From NCBI GenBank assembly GCA_963708135.1, contig OY970192.1:544001-608000 (forward strand): 64,000 nucleotides of DNA, in the 5' to 3' direction. Shown here in pieces: positions 49,328 to 57,830 of this stretch. Positions within the stretch are counted from its first letter, which is position 1. Each line of letters begins with the position of its first letter. The notes under the pieces are model-generated. The model was not told where the DNA came from and did no database searches. It saw nothing but the letters and a program-made list of their open reading frames with translations. Source of the DNA: an uncultured Gemmatimonadales bacterium (lineage in GTDB: Bacteria > Gemmatimonadota > Gemmatimonadetes > Longimicrobiales > RSA9). A program made the position numbers and the translations under genes.

Positions 49328-50722
49328 ATGAACAACAGAACCCAAGACCGGGCCGCCTGCGGGGCGTTGGTGCGCTTCGCCCTGCTGGGCGGCATCCTGG
49401 TCCTCCCCCTGGCGGGCTGCGGCTCGGACCTGCTCAAGGTGACGGACCCGGACATCGTGACGCCCTCGAGTCTCTCCGGAGACATCGGCCTCAAGACCCT
49501 CTACGCCGGCGCCGTCGGAGACTTCGAGCTCGCCTATCAGGGCGGCACGGGCAACGGCAGCTTCCCGGACAACGTGGTCACAGCAGCCTCACTCATGTCG
49601 GATGAGACGATCCTCTCCGGCACCTTCCCGACGCGCACGGAGTTCGACCAGCGCAGCATCGACGTGAAGAACGGCACGCTGAGCGGCATGTTCTTCCGCC
49701 TCCAGCGTGCCCGCGCCTCCACGGAGAACGCGGCGGCCGCGATCGCGGATGCGGCGGGCGCGGCCGGCGATTCCCGGGTCGGCCGTCTCAGGGGGCTGGA
49801 GGGATTCGCCTACTTGGGATTCGCCGAGAACTACTGCGACGGCGTCCCCTTCAGTACGGCGGATGCGAGCGGCAATCTGACTTACGGCGAACAGCAGTCC
49901 AACGCGGACATCCTGACCGCGGCGGTCACGCTATTCGACAATGCCGCCGCCGCCGCCGCCGGCGACGCCGACGTGAACAACCTGGCTCTGGTCGGCAAGG
50001 CGCGTGCGCTCCTCGACCTCGGGCAGTACGCCAATGCCGCGGCCGCCGCCTCCCAGGTGCCGACCGACTTCGTCTACAACCTGGAGCCATCCATCAACTC
50101 GTCCACGCTCGGCTTCTCTCTCGAGAACGGCTTCTACAGCGCGAACACCGCGCAGCGCCGCCTCTCTGTCGCCGACGCGCAGGGGGGCAACGGCCTGGAT
50201 TTCCGTACGGCCGGCGACCCGCGCGTGCCCGTTGAGGAGAATCCGCAGGGCGGCTTCGACTCGACCAGCAAGCAATACAACCTGATCACCTTCGCGCAGA
50301 ACGGCGAGACGCTCGGCCGCGAGGCCAAGTTCCCTCTGGCCAGCGGCATCGAGGCCCGGCTGATCGAGGCCGAGGCCCGCCTGCAGGCGTCCGACGCGGC
50401 CGGGATGCTCAGCATCCTGAACGACCTCCGCGCCACCATGGCGGGTCTCGATCCCCTTACGGATCCAGGCACGCAGGCCGCCCGCGTCGATATGCTCTTC
50501 CGCGAGCGCGCCTTCTGGCTCTACGGCACCGGGCATCGTCTGAGCGACCTGCGCCGGCTCGTCCGGCAGTACAACCGCGACGCCGAGTCGGTCTTCCCAA
50601 GCGGAACGTACGAAAAGGGCGGATCCTACGGCTCGGATGTGAACTATCCGATCCCGTTCAACGAGCTCAACAACCCCAACCTTCCCACGAACGGCGAAAC
50701 GTGCACGGACCGGAGCGCCTGA
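49328..50722 (+). CDS. SusD/RagB-family lipoprotein
   Basis: Lipobox LAGC; LIEAEA, ERAFWL..TGHRL.DLRR, YPIP..E..NPN; follows SusC. Confidence 0.88.
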   Translation: MNNRTQDRAACGALVRFALLGGILVLPLAGCGSDLLKVTDPDIVTPSSLSGDIGLKTLYAGAVGDFELAYQGGTGNGSFPDNVVTAASLMSDETILSGTFPTRTEFDQRSIDVKNGTLSGMFFRLQRARASTENAAAAIADAAGAAGDSRVGRLRGLEGFAYLGFAENYCDGVPFSTADASGNLTYGEQQSNADILTAAVTLFDNAAAAAAGDADVNNLALVGKARALLDLGQYANAAAAASQVPTDFVYNLEPSINSSTLGFSLENGFYSANTAQRRLSVADAQGGNGLDFRTAGDPRVPVEENPQGGFDSTSKQYNLITFAQNGETLGREAKFPLASGIEARLIEAEARLQASDAAGMLSILNDLRATMAGLDPLTDPGTQAARVDMLFRERAFWLYGTGHRLSDLRRLVRQYNRDAESVFPSGTYEKGGSYGSDVNYPIPFNELNNPNLPTNGETCTDRSA

Positions 50723-50751
50723 CGGCGTAGACTCCACCTGCACCGGATCAT

Positions 50752-50786
50752 GGAGAGGGGCCGCTTCGGCGGTCCCTCTCCTTCTT
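50752..50786 (+). terminator. Intrinsic terminator after susD
   Basis: 13-bp stem GGAGAGGGGCCGC/GCGGTCCCTCTCC with C(UUCG)G loop, followed by TTCTT; lies between convergent genes. Confidence 0.85.
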
Positions 50787-50800
50787 CCGGACGAGGATCC

Positions 50801-51205
50801 TCAGCCGCCTCGCTTCGTCTCGATGACGAGCACGCCGTCGCCGGAGTTCTGGCCGTAGTACGTGGTTCCGTTGATGCCGCTCATGTAGTGAATGCGCAGA
50901 ACATCCCGGGCGGGAATGTCGACCAGCGAGTGGTAGTCGGCCAGCCGGGCCCCGTCGACGATCACCGCCGGCGCGTCGGTCAGGTAGACGCTGGAGGGAC
51001 CTCGGTGGTTCATGCCGTTGCCGTCGAAGCCGAGATGCGGCATCGTCAGGCGGAGCGCTTCCCACGCGGTGCGCGCCCCGGTCTTCTCGATCTGGGCGGC
51101 GGTCACGACGCGTCCCGCGCTGGCGTCCGGCGGCGGCTGGTGCAGCGGGAAGCAACCGACGGCGAGCGAGGCGGCGAGGATGGCGAGCGGAGCGGTGGGA
51201 CGCAT
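50801..51205 (-). CDS. Small lipoprotein consisting of a TonB-dependent receptor plug-like domain only
   Basis: SD AGGAGG; lipobox LAVGC; VVTAAQIEK, P.VIVDG, YG....GVLVIETKRG; 134 aa, no barrel. Confidence 0.75.
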   Translation of the reverse strand: MRPTAPLAILAASLAVGCFPLHQPPPDASAGRVVTAAQIEKTGARTAWEALRLTMPHLGFDGNGMNHRGPSSVYLTDAPAVIVDGARLADYHSLVDIPARDVLRIHYMSGINGTTYYGQNSGDGVLVIETKRGG

Positions 51206-51347
51206 GGGGCACCTCCTGGGGAAGGGGCCGCGGAGAGGGAGACCGACCGTCGTAGGGTATGAGAAAATATCGCGCGAAAGGGGCGGCGGTGCAACAGGAT
51301 CGGCGCCGACGCGGGCGGCCGTGGGACGGAGCGTCGCCTGCTGCATC

Positions 51348-51376
51348 TTGTTGCGGCGTCTGGGCGGGCTTACAAT
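51348..51376 (+). promoter_or_regulatory. Putative sigma70 promoter of the cupin-folK unit
   Basis: TTGTTG-17-TACAAT; a divergent TTGCAC-17-GATATT lies on the - strand at 51294-51266. Confidence 0.55.
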
Positions 51377-51403
51377 CCCGCCCCCGACAGGAGGAGCCGA
51401 GGG

Positions 51404-51751
51404 ATGGACGTGACGAGGGTCGAGAAGCCATGGGGCCACGAGCTCATCTGGGCCCGAACCGATCGCTACGTGGGCAAGATCCTGCACGTGAAGGCGGGCC
51501 ACGCGCTCTCGCTCCAGTACCACGAGCGGAAGGATGAGACGATCCACCTGCTGCGGGGGGAGATGCGGTTCTGGGTGGGCCCCTCGGCGGAGGCGCTCCG
51601 CGAGGTGGCGCTGCGGGCGGGACAGAGCTACCACGTCGTGGCGGGCACGGTGCACCGCATGGAGGCGGTGACGGACGTGGACATCCTGGAGGCCTCGACG
51701 CCCGAGCTCGACGACGTGGTCCGGCTGGAGGACCGCTACGGGCGCGCGTAG
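51404..51751 (+). CDS. Cupin domain protein (mannose-6-phosphate isomerase type II C-terminal-like)
   Basis: VEKPWG.E, LSLQYH..KDET, HRM, EASTPELDDVVRLEDRYGR; SD AGGAGG. Confidence 0.88.
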   Translation: MDVTRVEKPWGHELIWARTDRYVGKILHVKAGHALSLQYHERKDETIHLLRGEMRFWVGPSAEALREVALRAGQSYHVVAGTVHRMEAVTDVDILEASTPELDDVVRLEDRYGRA

Positions 51752-52271
51752 GCCGGCCGTCGCCTACCTCGGTCTGGGCACCAATCTCGGCGACCGGGAG
51801 CGGAACCTGCGCGAGGCGCTGGGCCGCCTGGCCGCCGTGGTGTCGCTGGAGGCCGCATCCGCGGTGTACGCCTCCGAGCCGATCGGCTACACGGAGCAGC
51901 CCGAGTTCTGGAACATGGCGGTGCGGGCACGCACGGACCTCGCCCCGGGCGCCCTGGTGCGGCGTGCGCGCGAGATCGAGCGCGAGATGGGACGCGCGCC
52001 GTCGTTCCGGAACGGGCCGCGCCTGATCGACATCGACCTGCTGCTCTATGACCGGGAGCGGGTGAGCGAGCCGGGCGTCGAGGTCCCGCACCCGCGGCTG
52101 ATGGAGCGCGCCTTCGTGCTGCGCCCGCTCCTCGACCTCGACCCGGCGCTGACCCACCCCGTGTCCGGGACGGCCCTCGCGGATCGTGCCGCCGCGCCGG
52201 GACTGGGGCGGGTGGAGCGGTTGTTCCCGGGAGATGCCCTGCTCGAGGAAGGCGACGATGCGGACGTATGA
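51738..52271 (+). CDS. folK: 2-amino-4-hydroxy-6-hydroxymethyldihydropteridine diphosphokinase (start codon unclear)
   Basis: AYLGLGTNLGDR (upstream of the ORF-track start), IEREMGR, GPRLIDIDLL, PHPRLMERAFVL.PL. Confidence 0.88.
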   Translation, partial: TGARRPAVAYLGLGTNLGDRERNLREALGRLAAVVSLEAASAVYASEPIGYTEQPEFWNMAVRARTDLAPGALVRRAREIEREMGRAPSFRNGPRLIDIDLLLYDRERVSEPGVEVPHPRLMERAFVLRPLLDLDPALTHPVSGTALADRAAAPGLGRVERLFPGDALLEEGDDADV

Positions 52272-53613
52272 CCCCGCGGCCCCACGCCTGCACCCCCGCC
52301 GGAGCGCCCTCCTGGCCGCGCTGCTGCTCATCCCCCTGGCGGCCGTCGGCTGCCGGGGGCAGGCCGGCCGGAAGAGCGCGGCCGCGCCCGCGACGAGCGA
52401 GCTGGCCCGTGGCGGCCCGCCGGAGCTGCGCGCGATGGTGGATTCCATGCTGCCGCGGCTCGAGGTGCTCTCCGGCCTCGCGGCCGAGCACCCGATCCGG
52501 CTGGCCACGACGAGCCGGCAGGCGGTGCGCGCGTACGTGGTCCACCGGCTGGACGAGGACCTCCCTCCCGCGCAGCTCGAAGGCGTGCGCGCCACCTACG
52601 CCGCCCTCGGCCTCATCCCCGACACGCTCGACCTGCGCCGGCTGCTCGTGAACCTCTACACGGAGCAGGTGGGCGGCTATTACGATCCGCACACCAAGAC
52701 CTTCTACACGCTCGAGGGCACCCCGCCCGACCAGCTCCGCACCGTCCTCGCCCACGAGCTGGTGCACGCGCTCCAGGACCAGCACGCCGACATCGACTCC
52801 CTCATCGCCCCCGCGCGTGGAAACGACCGGGACGAGGCGGCGCAGGCCGCCATCGAGGGGCAGGCCACAGCCGTGATGTTCGCAATGCTCGCCGAGCGCG
52901 CCAGCGGCGGCGCCGCCGATCCCGCCCGCCTTCCCGACCTCGGCGCCCAGCTCCGTCCCGCGCTCGAGATGCAGAACGCGCAGTTCCCAGTCTTTCGCTC
53001 CGCGCCCGTCATCATCCGCGAGACCATGCTCTTTCCCTACCTCGGCGGCGCCTCCTTCGTGCAGACGCTCTGGCGCCGCGCGGAGCGCGAGCGCGGCGGG
53101 CGCATGGGCGTGCGGCCGTGGCCCGCGCCCTTCGACTCGCTGCTCCCGCTCTCGACCGAGCAGGTGATGCACCCCGACAGTGCCTTCTTCCTGCGCCGCG
53201 ACACGGCGACCGCGATCGTTCTCGGTCCCACTCCCGCCGCCGCGGCGGGGGCGTGGACCACCGTCCACGAGGACGTGCTCGGGGCGCTCGAGACCGGCAT
53301 CTTCCTGCGCCAGCATCTCGGTCCCGCCGCCTCCGCTCGCGGCTGGGACGGCGACCGCTTCCGCCTGCTGCGCTCGCCGGCCGGAGGCGAGGCGCTCGTG
53401 TGGTACTCCGTGTGGGATGATGCCGGCGCCGCCGACGCTTTCGCGGACGCCTACCGCCGGACGCTCGCGAAGCGGCCGGGACGCACGGCGGTGGTCGCGC
53501 GCGTGACTCTCGAGGGACGCCCGGGCGTGCGAGTGGTGGACGTGACCGCCGGAGTGGATGCCACTACGGTCCCGCTGCCGCCCGTGACCGCGCTGCGGCC
53601 CGTCACGCGCTGA
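52258..53613 (+). CDS. Lipoprotein with zincin-type HEXXH metallopeptidase motif
   Basis: Lipobox AAVGC; QVGGYYDP, LAHELVHALQDQH, downstream EG.A third-ligand motif, FPY..G..FV, STEQVMHP, GWDGD. Confidence 0.7.
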   Translation: MRTYDPAAPRLHPRRSALLAALLLIPLAAVGCRGQAGRKSAAAPATSELARGGPPELRAMVDSMLPRLEVLSGLAAEHPIRLATTSRQAVRAYVVHRLDEDLPPAQLEGVRATYAALGLIPDTLDLRRLLVNLYTEQVGGYYDPHTKTFYTLEGTPPDQLRTVLAHELVHALQDQHADIDSLIAPARGNDRDEAAQAAIEGQATAVMFAMLAERASGGAADPARLPDLGAQLRPALEMQNAQFPVFRSAPVIIRETMLFPYLGGASFVQTLWRRAERERGGRMGVRPWPAPFDSLLPLSTEQVMHPDSAFFLRRDTATAIVLGPTPAAAAGAWTTVHEDVLGALETGIFLRQHLGPAASARGWDGDRFRLLRSPAGGEALVWYSVWDDAGAADAFADAYRRTLAKRPGRTAVVARVTLEGRPGVRVVDVTAGVDATTVPLPPVTALRPVTR

Positions 53614-53746
53614 GGGAACCGACGCGCTCGCCCCGCCGCTCCTCCGCCTCGGTGGTGCGCCGTGACAAGACCCGGCGCGCCGCGGTGGCACGCCGGGTCT
53701 GTGGCCGGGCCTCGGCCCGGTCTACCGCCGCGAGCGGGTCGGCGGT

Positions 53747-55075
53747 TCAGACGTCCATCGGGACGAGCTCCGGCGCCACCCTCCCGTTCCCGTTCGAAAC
53801 GGCCTTGCCGTTGGCGGAGGCCTTCCCGCCGCCCCGGCGGCCGTTCCCATTGCCGTTCGCGCTCCCGCCGGTCCGCGTCTTCGCGCTTCCATCCGGCTTC
53901 GCGCCGGCGGCGCCGCCCACCGGCGCTCGGCCGTTCCCGCGCCCCCGCCCGGCCGGCTTTCTGCCGATCGGGATCACACCCGTCTCCGCCGCGATCTCGC
54001 AGCCGCCCTCGCCCGGTACCGTATCCGGCTTCGGCAGCGGGTAGCGGTAGATGTCGCCCGCATAGTTGCGGAGCACGACCTCGCTGTCGGTGACCGACTG
54101 CACGTACTCGGGGAGGATCGGGATCTTGCCGCCGCCCCCGGGCGCGTCGATGACGAAGTGCGGCACGGCCAGGCCGCTGGTCCAGCCGCGCAGGGCGCGG
54201 ATGATCTCGATGCCCTTCTCGAGCCCCGTGCGGAAGTGCTCGCCGCCCGCCACCACGTCGGCCTGGTAGATGTAGTAGGGCCGCACGCGCGCCTTCACGA
54301 GCCGCTGCATGAGCTCCTTCATCACCATCGGGTCATCGTTCACGCCCTTGAGCAGCACCGTCTGTGAGCCGAGCGGTGCGCCGGCATCCGCCAGCATGCC
54401 GAGCGCCTTCACCGCCTCCGGCGTGAGCTCGTCGGGATGGTTGAAGTGCACGTTGATGTAGACCGGGTGGTACTTCTTCACGATCTCGCACAGCTCGGGC
54501 GTGATGCGCTGCGGCAGGTGGCTCGGCATGCGCGAGTGGATGCGGATGATCTCGAGGTGCGGGATCGCCCGTAGTGTGGACAGGAAATACTCGATGCGCC
54601 GGTCCGAGAGCATGAACGGATCGCCGCCGGACAGGATCACGTCCCGCACTTCGGTGTGCTCGCGCAGGTACGCGAACGCGGAGTCGAACTGGTTCAGCGG
54701 GATCTTCTCCGGGTCGCCCACCTTGCGTCGCCGCGTGCAGAAGCGGCAGTAGGTCGAGCAGACCGGCGAGATCAGGAACAGCACGCGGTCCGGATAGCGG
54801 TGCGTGAGGTTCGGCACCGGCGAGTCCGCGTCCTCGTCCAGCGAGTCCACGATCCCGTCGTGCACCTCGTTCTCCGCGCCCGTCGGCACGTACTGCCGCC
54901 AGAAGGCGTCGCCCGGCGCCTTGATCTGCGCCAGCGCCGCCGGAGTGATCCGCAGGTTGAAGGTGTCGATCGCCCGCTGCACCGCGTCGCGGTCGATGTT
55001 CTCCGCGCCGAACCGCTCGACGAGATCGTCGACGGTGGTGACGCTCTCACGCAGAATGTCTTGCCATTTGTCCAT
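53747..55075 (-). CDS. kamA: KamA-family radical SAM enzyme, probable lysine 2,3-aminomutase
   Basis: THRYPDR, CSTYCRFCTRRR, SGGDP, HFNHP, RPYYIYQAD, FVIDAPGGGGK (PLP lysine). Confidence 0.92.
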   Translation of the reverse strand: MDKWQDILRESVTTVDDLVERFGAENIDRDAVQRAIDTFNLRITPAALAQIKAPGDAFWRQYVPTGAENEVHDGIVDSLDEDADSPVPNLTHRYPDRVLFLISPVCSTYCRFCTRRRKVGDPEKIPLNQFDSAFAYLREHTEVRDVILSGGDPFMLSDRRIEYFLSTLRAIPHLEIIRIHSRMPSHLPQRITPELCEIVKKYHPVYINVHFNHPDELTPEAVKALGMLADAGAPLGSQTVLLKGVNDDPMVMKELMQRLVKARVRPYYIYQADVVAGGEHFRTGLEKGIEIIRALRGWTSGLAVPHFVIDAPGGGGKIPILPEYVQSVTDSEVVLRNYAGDIYRYPLPKPDTVPGEGGCEIAAETGVIPIGRKPAGRGRGNGRAPVGGAAGAKPDGSAKTRTGGSANGNGNGRRGGGKASANGKAVSNGNGRVAPELVPMDV

Positions 55076-55077
55076 TT

Positions 55078-55656
55078 TCAGGCCCGCCCAGATTCGAGTT
55101 GGATGCGCTTGGAGTAGATGACACGGTCATCGCCGTCCGAGTAGAAGTCCGGGACTCGTGCAACCTCGCAGTATCCGCGCCGCAGATAGAACTGCCGTGT
55201 CGGCTCATAGAACGGCTGGGACGAGGTCTCGATAATCACGAGTCGTGCATCCGTGCGGGCAAGCCTTCGCTCCACCTCCTGTAGCAGTCGGGTGCCGACC
55301 CCCAGGTTCTGCGCCGCCGGCGAGACCGCGATCCAGTACAGATCAATGGTGCCCGCCGTGAGCGGCGTGGGGCCGTAGCAGACGTAGCCGAGCAGGTCAC
55401 CCTCGGGGGTGAAGGCGCCCAGGACGGTGTAGTCCTGCTCGGGTGCGACGAAGTAGGCATCCAGCACGTCCAGCGCGACGCCGATCTCCTCGTCGCGGAA
55501 GAAGCCGGTCTCGCGCAGCAGCCGCTCGACCTTGCGGCGGTGGCGCCGATTGAGCGCCCGGAGCGCGACGGGCTCGGGGCTCTCCGCGGCGGCCGGGTCA
55601 CCCGCGCGGGCGTGCGTCGCCTCGGCGCGCGCGTTCGGCTCATTTGGCGTGCTCAT
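55078..55656 (-). CDS. GNAT-family N-acetyltransferase
   Basis: DLYWIAV, QNLGVGTRLL (acetyl-CoA motif A), IETSS, FY..RGY; ATGA overlap with upstream ligase. Confidence 0.9.
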   Translation of the reverse strand: MSTPNEPNARAEATHARAGDPAAAESPEPVALRALNRRHRRKVERLLRETGFFRDEEIGVALDVLDAYFVAPEQDYTVLGAFTPEGDLLGYVCYGPTPLTAGTIDLYWIAVSPAAQNLGVGTRLLQEVERRLARTDARLVIIETSSQPFYEPTRQFYLRRGYCEVARVPDFYSDGDDRVIYSKRIQLESGRA

Positions 55657-56612
55657 GCGGCCTCCCGCACGATGCGCTCGACCAGCTCCGCGTAGCCGAG
55701 GCCGTCGGCGGCGGCCATGCGGGTGAGGCCGGCGGAGGGTGCCAGGTCCGGGTTCGGGTTCACCTCCAGCACGAAGAGCCGGCCGTCGGCGTCGCCCCGC
55801 AGGTCCACCCGCCCGTAGCCCCGCCCCTCGACGGTGGCCCAGGCGGCCAGGGCGAGGCGGCGCGCCTCCGCCAGCATCTCGGGCGCGAGCGGCGCCGGGC
55901 AAAGCGGCACGGTGGCCAGGTCCTCGACCGACCCAGGCGCCCACTTGGCCGCATAGCCGACCATCGGCCAGCTGCCCTCGGGCGTGGCGGCGAAATCGAT
56001 CTCGGCCACGGCCAGCACGCGCTCGCCGACGATCCCGACGTTCAGCTCGCGGCCGCGCAGGAACTCCTGCACGAGGAGCGGCGCGTGCTTCCACCCGGCC
56101 GTGAGGGCGCGCTCCAGCTCGGCCGCATCGCGCGCGACGCACGCCTGCGTGATCCCCACGGAAGCGTCCTCCGCGGCCGGCTTCACGATGGCGGGGAAGC
56201 GGTTCCAGGCCGGCGCGGTGGCGCCCTCGGCGGACGCCGTCCAGCTCGGCACCGGCACGCCCGCCCGCTCGAGCAGCGCGTTCGTCCGGTCCTTCCGGCG
56301 CGCGAGGGCCAGCGTCTCGGCCCCGCTGCCGGTGAGCGGCAGCCGCATCAGCTCGATGACGGCGGCCACCCGCGCCTCTCCCGCACTCGACCCGGCGGCG
56401 CCCTCGCACAGGTTGAAGACCAGGTCGGGCGCGGCGTCTCGCAGCGCGCCGACCCACGCGTCCACATGCGCGCCCACGCCCACGCGGACCGGCGCGTGGC
56501 CGAGGTCGCCGAGCGCCACGTCCACGGCCTCCACCGCCTCGAGGACGCCGCGCTCATCGGCGGTGGCGCCCGCGCGGGCGTCCACGTCGTCGTACAGCAC
56601 GGCGATCCTCAT
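55653..56612 (-). CDS. Ddl-like ATP-grasp ligase B (non-canonical)
   Basis: FNLCEG, LTGS, IVKP..EDAS.GI, QEFL.GRE, Y.AKW, GRVDLR, LEVNPNP; lacks the GGxSxE and LHG motifs of Ddl. Confidence 0.88.
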   Translation of the reverse strand: MRIAVLYDDVDARAGATADERGVLEAVEAVDVALGDLGHAPVRVGVGAHVDAWVGALRDAAPDLVFNLCEGAAGSSAGEARVAAVIELMRLPLTGSGAETLALARRKDRTNALLERAGVPVPSWTASAEGATAPAWNRFPAIVKPAAEDASVGITQACVARDAAELERALTAGWKHAPLLVQEFLRGRELNVGIVGERVLAVAEIDFAATPEGSWPMVGYAAKWAPGSVEDLATVPLCPAPLAPEMLAEARRLALAAWATVEGRGYGRVDLRGDADGRLFVLEVNPNPDLAPSAGLTRMAAADGLGYAELVERIVREAA

Positions 56613-57688
56613 GGCCGGATCCCGTAGCGCCGGAGCGCGAAGCCGAGCACCAGGTTCAGCATCTCATCGTAGCCGATGCCCGCAGCGCGCGCCGCCTTCG
56701 GGAAGCAGGAGTTCTGCTCCGGTCGCGGCAGGATGCCCGGCAACGGATTGATCTCGATCACCTGCGGCGCGCCGGCCTCGTCCAGACGCAGGTCCACGCG
56801 CGCCCAGTCCCGGCAGCCCAGCGCGTGAAAGGCCGCGAGCGCGGTCCGCGCGAGCGCGCCGCTCAGCGCCTCGTCCACCTCCGCAGGGCACTCGAAGATC
56901 CGCAGCGGCGCCTCCTCGGTGTCCCATACCCACTTGGCCTCGTAGCCGTAGAGCGGAGCGGCCCCCGACGGCAGGGCATCGAAGCGGATCTCGACCGGTG
57001 GCAGAGCGATCGCCTCCGCGCCGTTTCCGAGGACCGCCAGCGTGAACTCGCGGCCGGGCAGGAAGCGCTCGACCAGCGCCGGCTGCCCATACTCGGCCGC
57101 GATCTCCTCGACGCGTGCGCCCACCATCGCCGCCGTCGTGCAGAACGCCCGCTCCGGGATCCCCTTGCTCGAGCCCTCGAAGAGCGGCTTGACGACGACG
57201 GGCAGCGCCGGCCTCCCGGGTGCGCCTCCGTTGCCCGCCCGCCCCCGGCTGCCGTCCACGACGGCGAACGCGGGCGTGGGCACGCCGCGCGCGAGCCAGA
57301 CCTCCTTGGCCCGCCGCTTGTCCAGCGCGAGCGCCAGCGTCAGCGGGTCGCTGCCCGTGTACGGGATGTCGTAGAACTCGCAGATGGCCGGGACGTGGGC
57401 CTCCCGGTTCGGGCCGTAGAGCCCTTCCGCGATGTTGAAGACAATGTCGGGGTGGGTCTCGCGGAGCACCAAAGGAAAGTCCGCATTGGCCTCCATGCGG
57501 ACGACGGTGCCGGCGCGGCGGAGCGCCGCCTCGACGGCGGCGATGGTGGCGGGCTCGTCCCACTCCGCGTAGCGGTCGTGGGACGGCGCGTGCGGAGGGC
57601 GCCCCCCGCCGGGAGGCTCCTCGCTACTGGGAGGCTCTTCGTCCTCCCCTGGCTTCTCGTTGTATGCGAACCCGATCCGGAGCGTCAT
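56609..57688 (-). CDS. Ddl-like ATP-grasp ligase A (non-canonical)
   Basis: FNIAEG, IPYTGS, DK..AK, VVKP..EGSSKGI, ERFLPGREFT, YEAKW, ARVDLR, IEINPLPG; lacks the GGxSxE and LHG motifs. Confidence 0.88.
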   Translation of the reverse strand: MTLRIGFAYNEKPGEDEEPPSSEEPPGGGRPPHAPSHDRYAEWDEPATIAAVEAALRRAGTVVRMEANADFPLVLRETHPDIVFNIAEGLYGPNREAHVPAICEFYDIPYTGSDPLTLALALDKRRAKEVWLARGVPTPAFAVVDGSRGRAGNGGAPGRPALPVVVKPLFEGSSKGIPERAFCTTAAMVGARVEEIAAEYGQPALVERFLPGREFTLAVLGNGAEAIALPPVEIRFDALPSGAAPLYGYEAKWVWDTEEAPLRIFECPAEVDEALSGALARTALAAFHALGCRDWARVDLRLDEAGAPQVIEINPLPGILPRPEQNSCFPKAARAAGIGYDEMLNLVLGFALRRYGIRP

Positions 57689-57718
57689 CGCTGCCTTGCG
57701 TCCCCTCGGCGTACCCCT

Positions 57719-57750
57719 AAGAAAAAGCGCGTCTCCCTCGCGAAGACGCG
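57719..57750 (-). terminator. Intrinsic terminator inside the 5' leader of the ligase-GNAT-kamA operon
   Basis: On the - strand, CGCGUCUUC-GCGAG-GGAGACGCG (9 bp) then CUUUUUCUU, ending 30 nt before the first ATG. Confidence 0.8.
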
Positions 57751-57825
57751 GCTGCCGTCGGTCGCGCCGCTCGGCGGCGGCGCAAGTCCCGTGCTCGGCT
57801 GCACGGAACCTCTCGTTTTTGCCCC
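57751..57825 (-). ncRNA. Candidate cis-regulatory leader RNA (riboswitch/attenuator) with twin NGCCGA-loop hairpins
   Basis: 11-bp hairpin 57811-57784 (loop AGCCGA) abutting a 7-bp hairpin 57783-57764 (loop CGCCGA), located between promoter and terminator. Confidence 0.55.
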
Positions 57826-57830
57826 GCACC

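Noticed and set aside
53747..55075. EpmB (EF-P modification) or glutamate 2,3-aminomutase
   Set aside because: No epmA is nearby and the EF-P in the window lacks the target Lys; the two lysine-binding Asp residues are present.
55653..57688. Housekeeping ddl or vancomycin-resistance ligases
   Set aside because: D-Ala subsite motifs are missing, and there are no mur/fts or vanH/vanX neighbours.
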